Assembly: GCA_026770705.1 (NCBI GenBank) | Contig: JANJGN010000140.1 | Coordinates: 248,001-312,000 of the forward strand | Direction: 5' to 3' | Length of the DNA stretch: 64,000 nt | Source: Isurus oxyrinchus | Taxonomy: Eukaryota | In this document: in pieces, positions 61,151 through 64,000 of the stretch | Layout: every line of letters begins with the position of its first letter | Numbering within the stretch: position 1 is the first letter of the stretch | Translations under genes and position numbers: made by a program | Notes under the pieces: model-generated | Seen by the model: the letters and a program-made list of their open reading frames with translations, nothing else | What the model was told of the DNA's origin: nothing | Database searches by the model: none

Positions 61151-62459
61151 TAATGAGCCTTGAGTATTCCTGGGACTGGAAAAAGGAGGGAATGTTGTGA
61201 ATTTCTATCCTGTATTGATGGATTTTGGAAACTTTTTACAAGGGGTTAGAAGGGGAGGATTTACACACAGCAAACTCAATTCAAGAGAATAGTTTATATA
61301 TTCTGAATTTCTAACTACTACTGATACTTATAACTCTTGTAATCTCCTTTCACAGGGAGCTAAAGATTTGAAAACTGTGATATTTTTCCCTGACTCAGTG
61401 CTTCTAATATCTTTTCAACTGCAGGCTCCAGCAGATTTTAAATTTGAAAACAGTGAAATTGTTTCGGGGGTGAGTACTATTGAACATTCATCTACCTTTT
61501 AGTGCTGTGCTCTGGCTCCATGGCTCTGGAGCTGGTGTGGCCCCTTTACTGTGGATCTGAATCCATGTCCATCTATTGCTCTGTTTCACCTCTGCCCTCC
61601 CTGATCACCTTTCTGCCATGGTCTAACTTCCTTTGCCTGTAATAATGGTTGTAATTTAACCATGTTTGGTATTTTACTGTTCTTTCTACAGTTACTGTCT
61701 GACCTGCTGAGTACTTTCAGCATTTGGTCTTTTTATTTTAGTTTTCCAGCAGCTGCAGTATCTTGTTTTTGTTTTATTCCAAGTATTTCCCTCAGAACTG
61801 AGTCTAGAAATACAGATAGACCAATTAAGAACTGATTGGTAATGGGCTGCGTGTTGGTGCAAAGGTTGATCCCCGGAATAGGTCCTTTTTCACAGAATCA
61901 TTGAATGGTTACAATACTGTCGGAGGCCATTTAGCCCATCATACCCGTGCTGGCTCTCTGCAAGAGCAGATCAGTTAGTCTCACTCCCATGCCCTTTCCT
62001 CATAGCCCAGTAGTTTTTTTTTTTCTCTCCAGGATATTATCCAATTCCCTTTGTTTTGTTGCATCAGTTTGAGCTGGAGTGGAGATGGAGGAGAAGCTGC
62101 TGGGTTTAACCTCAAGGACTTTGGAAGTGAGTTGGGACCAATGATTTTAGTTGTGAAACTGTCAAGGGAGGAAAATTTCCAGGGGAGATCTGGTTGCTAA
62201 CCAGACATTTAGGAACAAGCATTTCTTTAGATGCTTCAATCTATTTTACATATACATATTTTAAAAGTTTGTGGAATTTGGGTGACACTAACAAGACCAG
62301 CAGCAGATATTGTCAATCCTCAGTTACCTGTGGAGAAGATGATGTTTGACCTTCTTGAACCGCTGCAGTCTGTATGGTGAAGGTGCTCCCACAATGCTGT
62401 TTGGTAAGGAGTTACAGGTTATTCACCCAGTGGTGATGAAGGAATGGTGATATATGTCC

Positions 62460-63100
62460 AAATCAATGACAATGATTTGCATTTATATTTTGTCTTTAAC
62501 ATAATAAAACTTTCCAAGACATTCACTGAAATGTTACAAAGCAACATTAGACACCGAGTCACATAAGGTGATGAGAGAGCAGGCGACCAAAAGCTTAGTC
62601 AATGAGGTAAAGTGGAGAGATTTAAGGAGGAAATTCCAGAGCTTGGGCCTGGGCAACTGAAGCAACGGCCACCATTGCAGGTGTGATTAAAATGTGGAAT
62701 GCTCATGATGCTGCAATTAGATGAGCGCAGATATCTCAAAAGGGTTGTGTGACTGAAGGAGATTACAGAGATATGGATGGGTAAGTCTAGAGGTAACAAA
62801 GGAATGGAGGAGAGTTTCAGAAACAGATGAGCTGAGACTAGGAACGAGCCGAGCAATGTTACTGAGGTGAAAATAGGCGGTCTTGATGATAAAGGTGGTC
62901 AGAAGCTCAGTTTGGGGTAAAAGATGACAGCGATCTTGTGAACAGTCTGGTTCCGCTTCAGACAGTTTCTGGGGAGCGGGATGGAGTCAGTGGTTATGGA
63001 GTGGAATTTGCAGCAGGGACTGAAGACAATGGCAATCATGTTCCCAGTATTTAGTTGAAGGAAATTTCTGTTCACCCAGGACTGGATGTTAGACAAGTCA
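62460..63100 (-). mobile_element. L2-type LINE 3' fragment
   Basis: SNIQSWVNRNFLQLNTG motif and L2-like 3' UTR; similar pieces at 46370-46610 and 54200-55210. Confidence 0.55.
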
Positions 63101-63253
63101 GGATGGTGTCTGAGTTGAAGGAGAACTTGCAGGCGATGGTGTTAACATACACCTTCTACCCTGGTCCTTCCAGGTGGTTGAGCTTGACGGTTTGGGAGGT
63201 TCTGTCACCTTTTGGCCAAACTAGATTTATAAAAGGACTCTTTCATCCACTGC

Positions 63254-63400
63254 CCCTCTCTCTCTCTCTCTCTCTTTCTCTTTCTCCCTCTCCCTCTCTC
63301 TATCTATATCTCTATTTCTCTCTCTCGCGCTCGTGCTCTTGCACTCGCTCGCGCTCTCTCTTGCTCGCACTTTCTCTCACGCTCTTGCTCTCTCTCTTTT
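63254..63400. repeat. (CT)n-rich microsatellite
   Basis: Directly visible. Confidence 0.85.
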
Positions 63401-63734
63401 TCCTCCTATAGTGTCCAAAGTTCCCTTTAGGTCCAGACTGGGTGACAGTTTCCCTTCCCTGAAGGACATTAATGAACCAGTTGGGTTTTTATGACAGCCC
63501 TTCAGCTTTAATGGTCTTTTTTCCGATTGCAAGTCCCATAAATTCATTCAACACAATTTCACAGTCTGTCTTTGTGTTTTTGTGGGTTCTCTGTCACTCT
63601 TTTTTTTCTGTTTTAAATTTCACAGAGTATTAGAAGGGGAGGATTTGCAGCCGGGAAACTGAAACCAAACATCACATCAGGATCTGACAGAGTTGCCCAA
63701 TTTATATTAACGTGAATATTATCGGATTTTGAAT

Positions 63735-64000
63735 ATGGAAGGGAAAAGCACCATCCATAATGGAGAGAAACTGTACGTGTGTTCTGTGTGTGGACGAGGC
63801 TTCAGCCAATCATCTGGCCTGTCGAGACACAAGCACAGTCACACTAGGGAGAAACCATGGAAATGTGAGGACTGTGGGAAGGAATTCACTCATTCATCTG
63901 CCCTGCTGAATCACCAGCGTGATCACACTGGGGAGAGACCATTCACCTGTTCCGTGTGTGGGAAGGGATTCACTCGGTCATTCCACCTGATGACACACCA
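63735..64000 (+). CDS. Tandem C2H2 zinc-finger protein, 5' part (runs off window), ZNF-4
   Basis: Acceptor TTTCACAG at ~63625; [79 protein letters not shown]; paralog of ZNF-3. Confidence 0.85.
   Translation, partial: MEGKSTIHNGEKLYVCSVCGRGFSQSSGLSRHKHSHTREKPWKCEDCGKEFTHSSALLNHQRDHTGERPFTCSVCGKGFTRSFHLMTH

Overview
Cartilaginous-fish (shark-like) genomic DNA with one 410-N gap. The first ~19.5 kb holds two tandem NAR-TCR-type antigen-receptor cassettes. Each has leader, IgNAR-like V with RSS, D with 12/12 RSS, J with 23-RSS, an intron, and a leaderless 'supporting' TCR-delta-like V. Both cassettes look pseudogenised. The supporting V of cassette 2 is followed by a tandem array of seven near-consensus 23-RSSs, and the matching array in cassette 1 runs into the gap. 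In cassette 1 three separate deletions each remove a heptamer/coding border. Next is an intact two-exon GPR139/142-like class A GPCR. Its 10-kb intron carries a full-length, decayed Tx1-clade LINE whose 5' UTR contains an Sm-site-like motif fused to a U1 snRNA 5' fragment. The rest is a cluster of C2H2 zinc-finger genes and relics with no visible KRAB domain and with CCAAT/NRF1/YY1-type promoters. It is embedded in CR1, L2, RTE, SINE and Penelope-type repeats, including a perfect 205-bp palindrome carrying hammerhead-like motifs. All calls come from reading the sequence by eye; no database searches were run.
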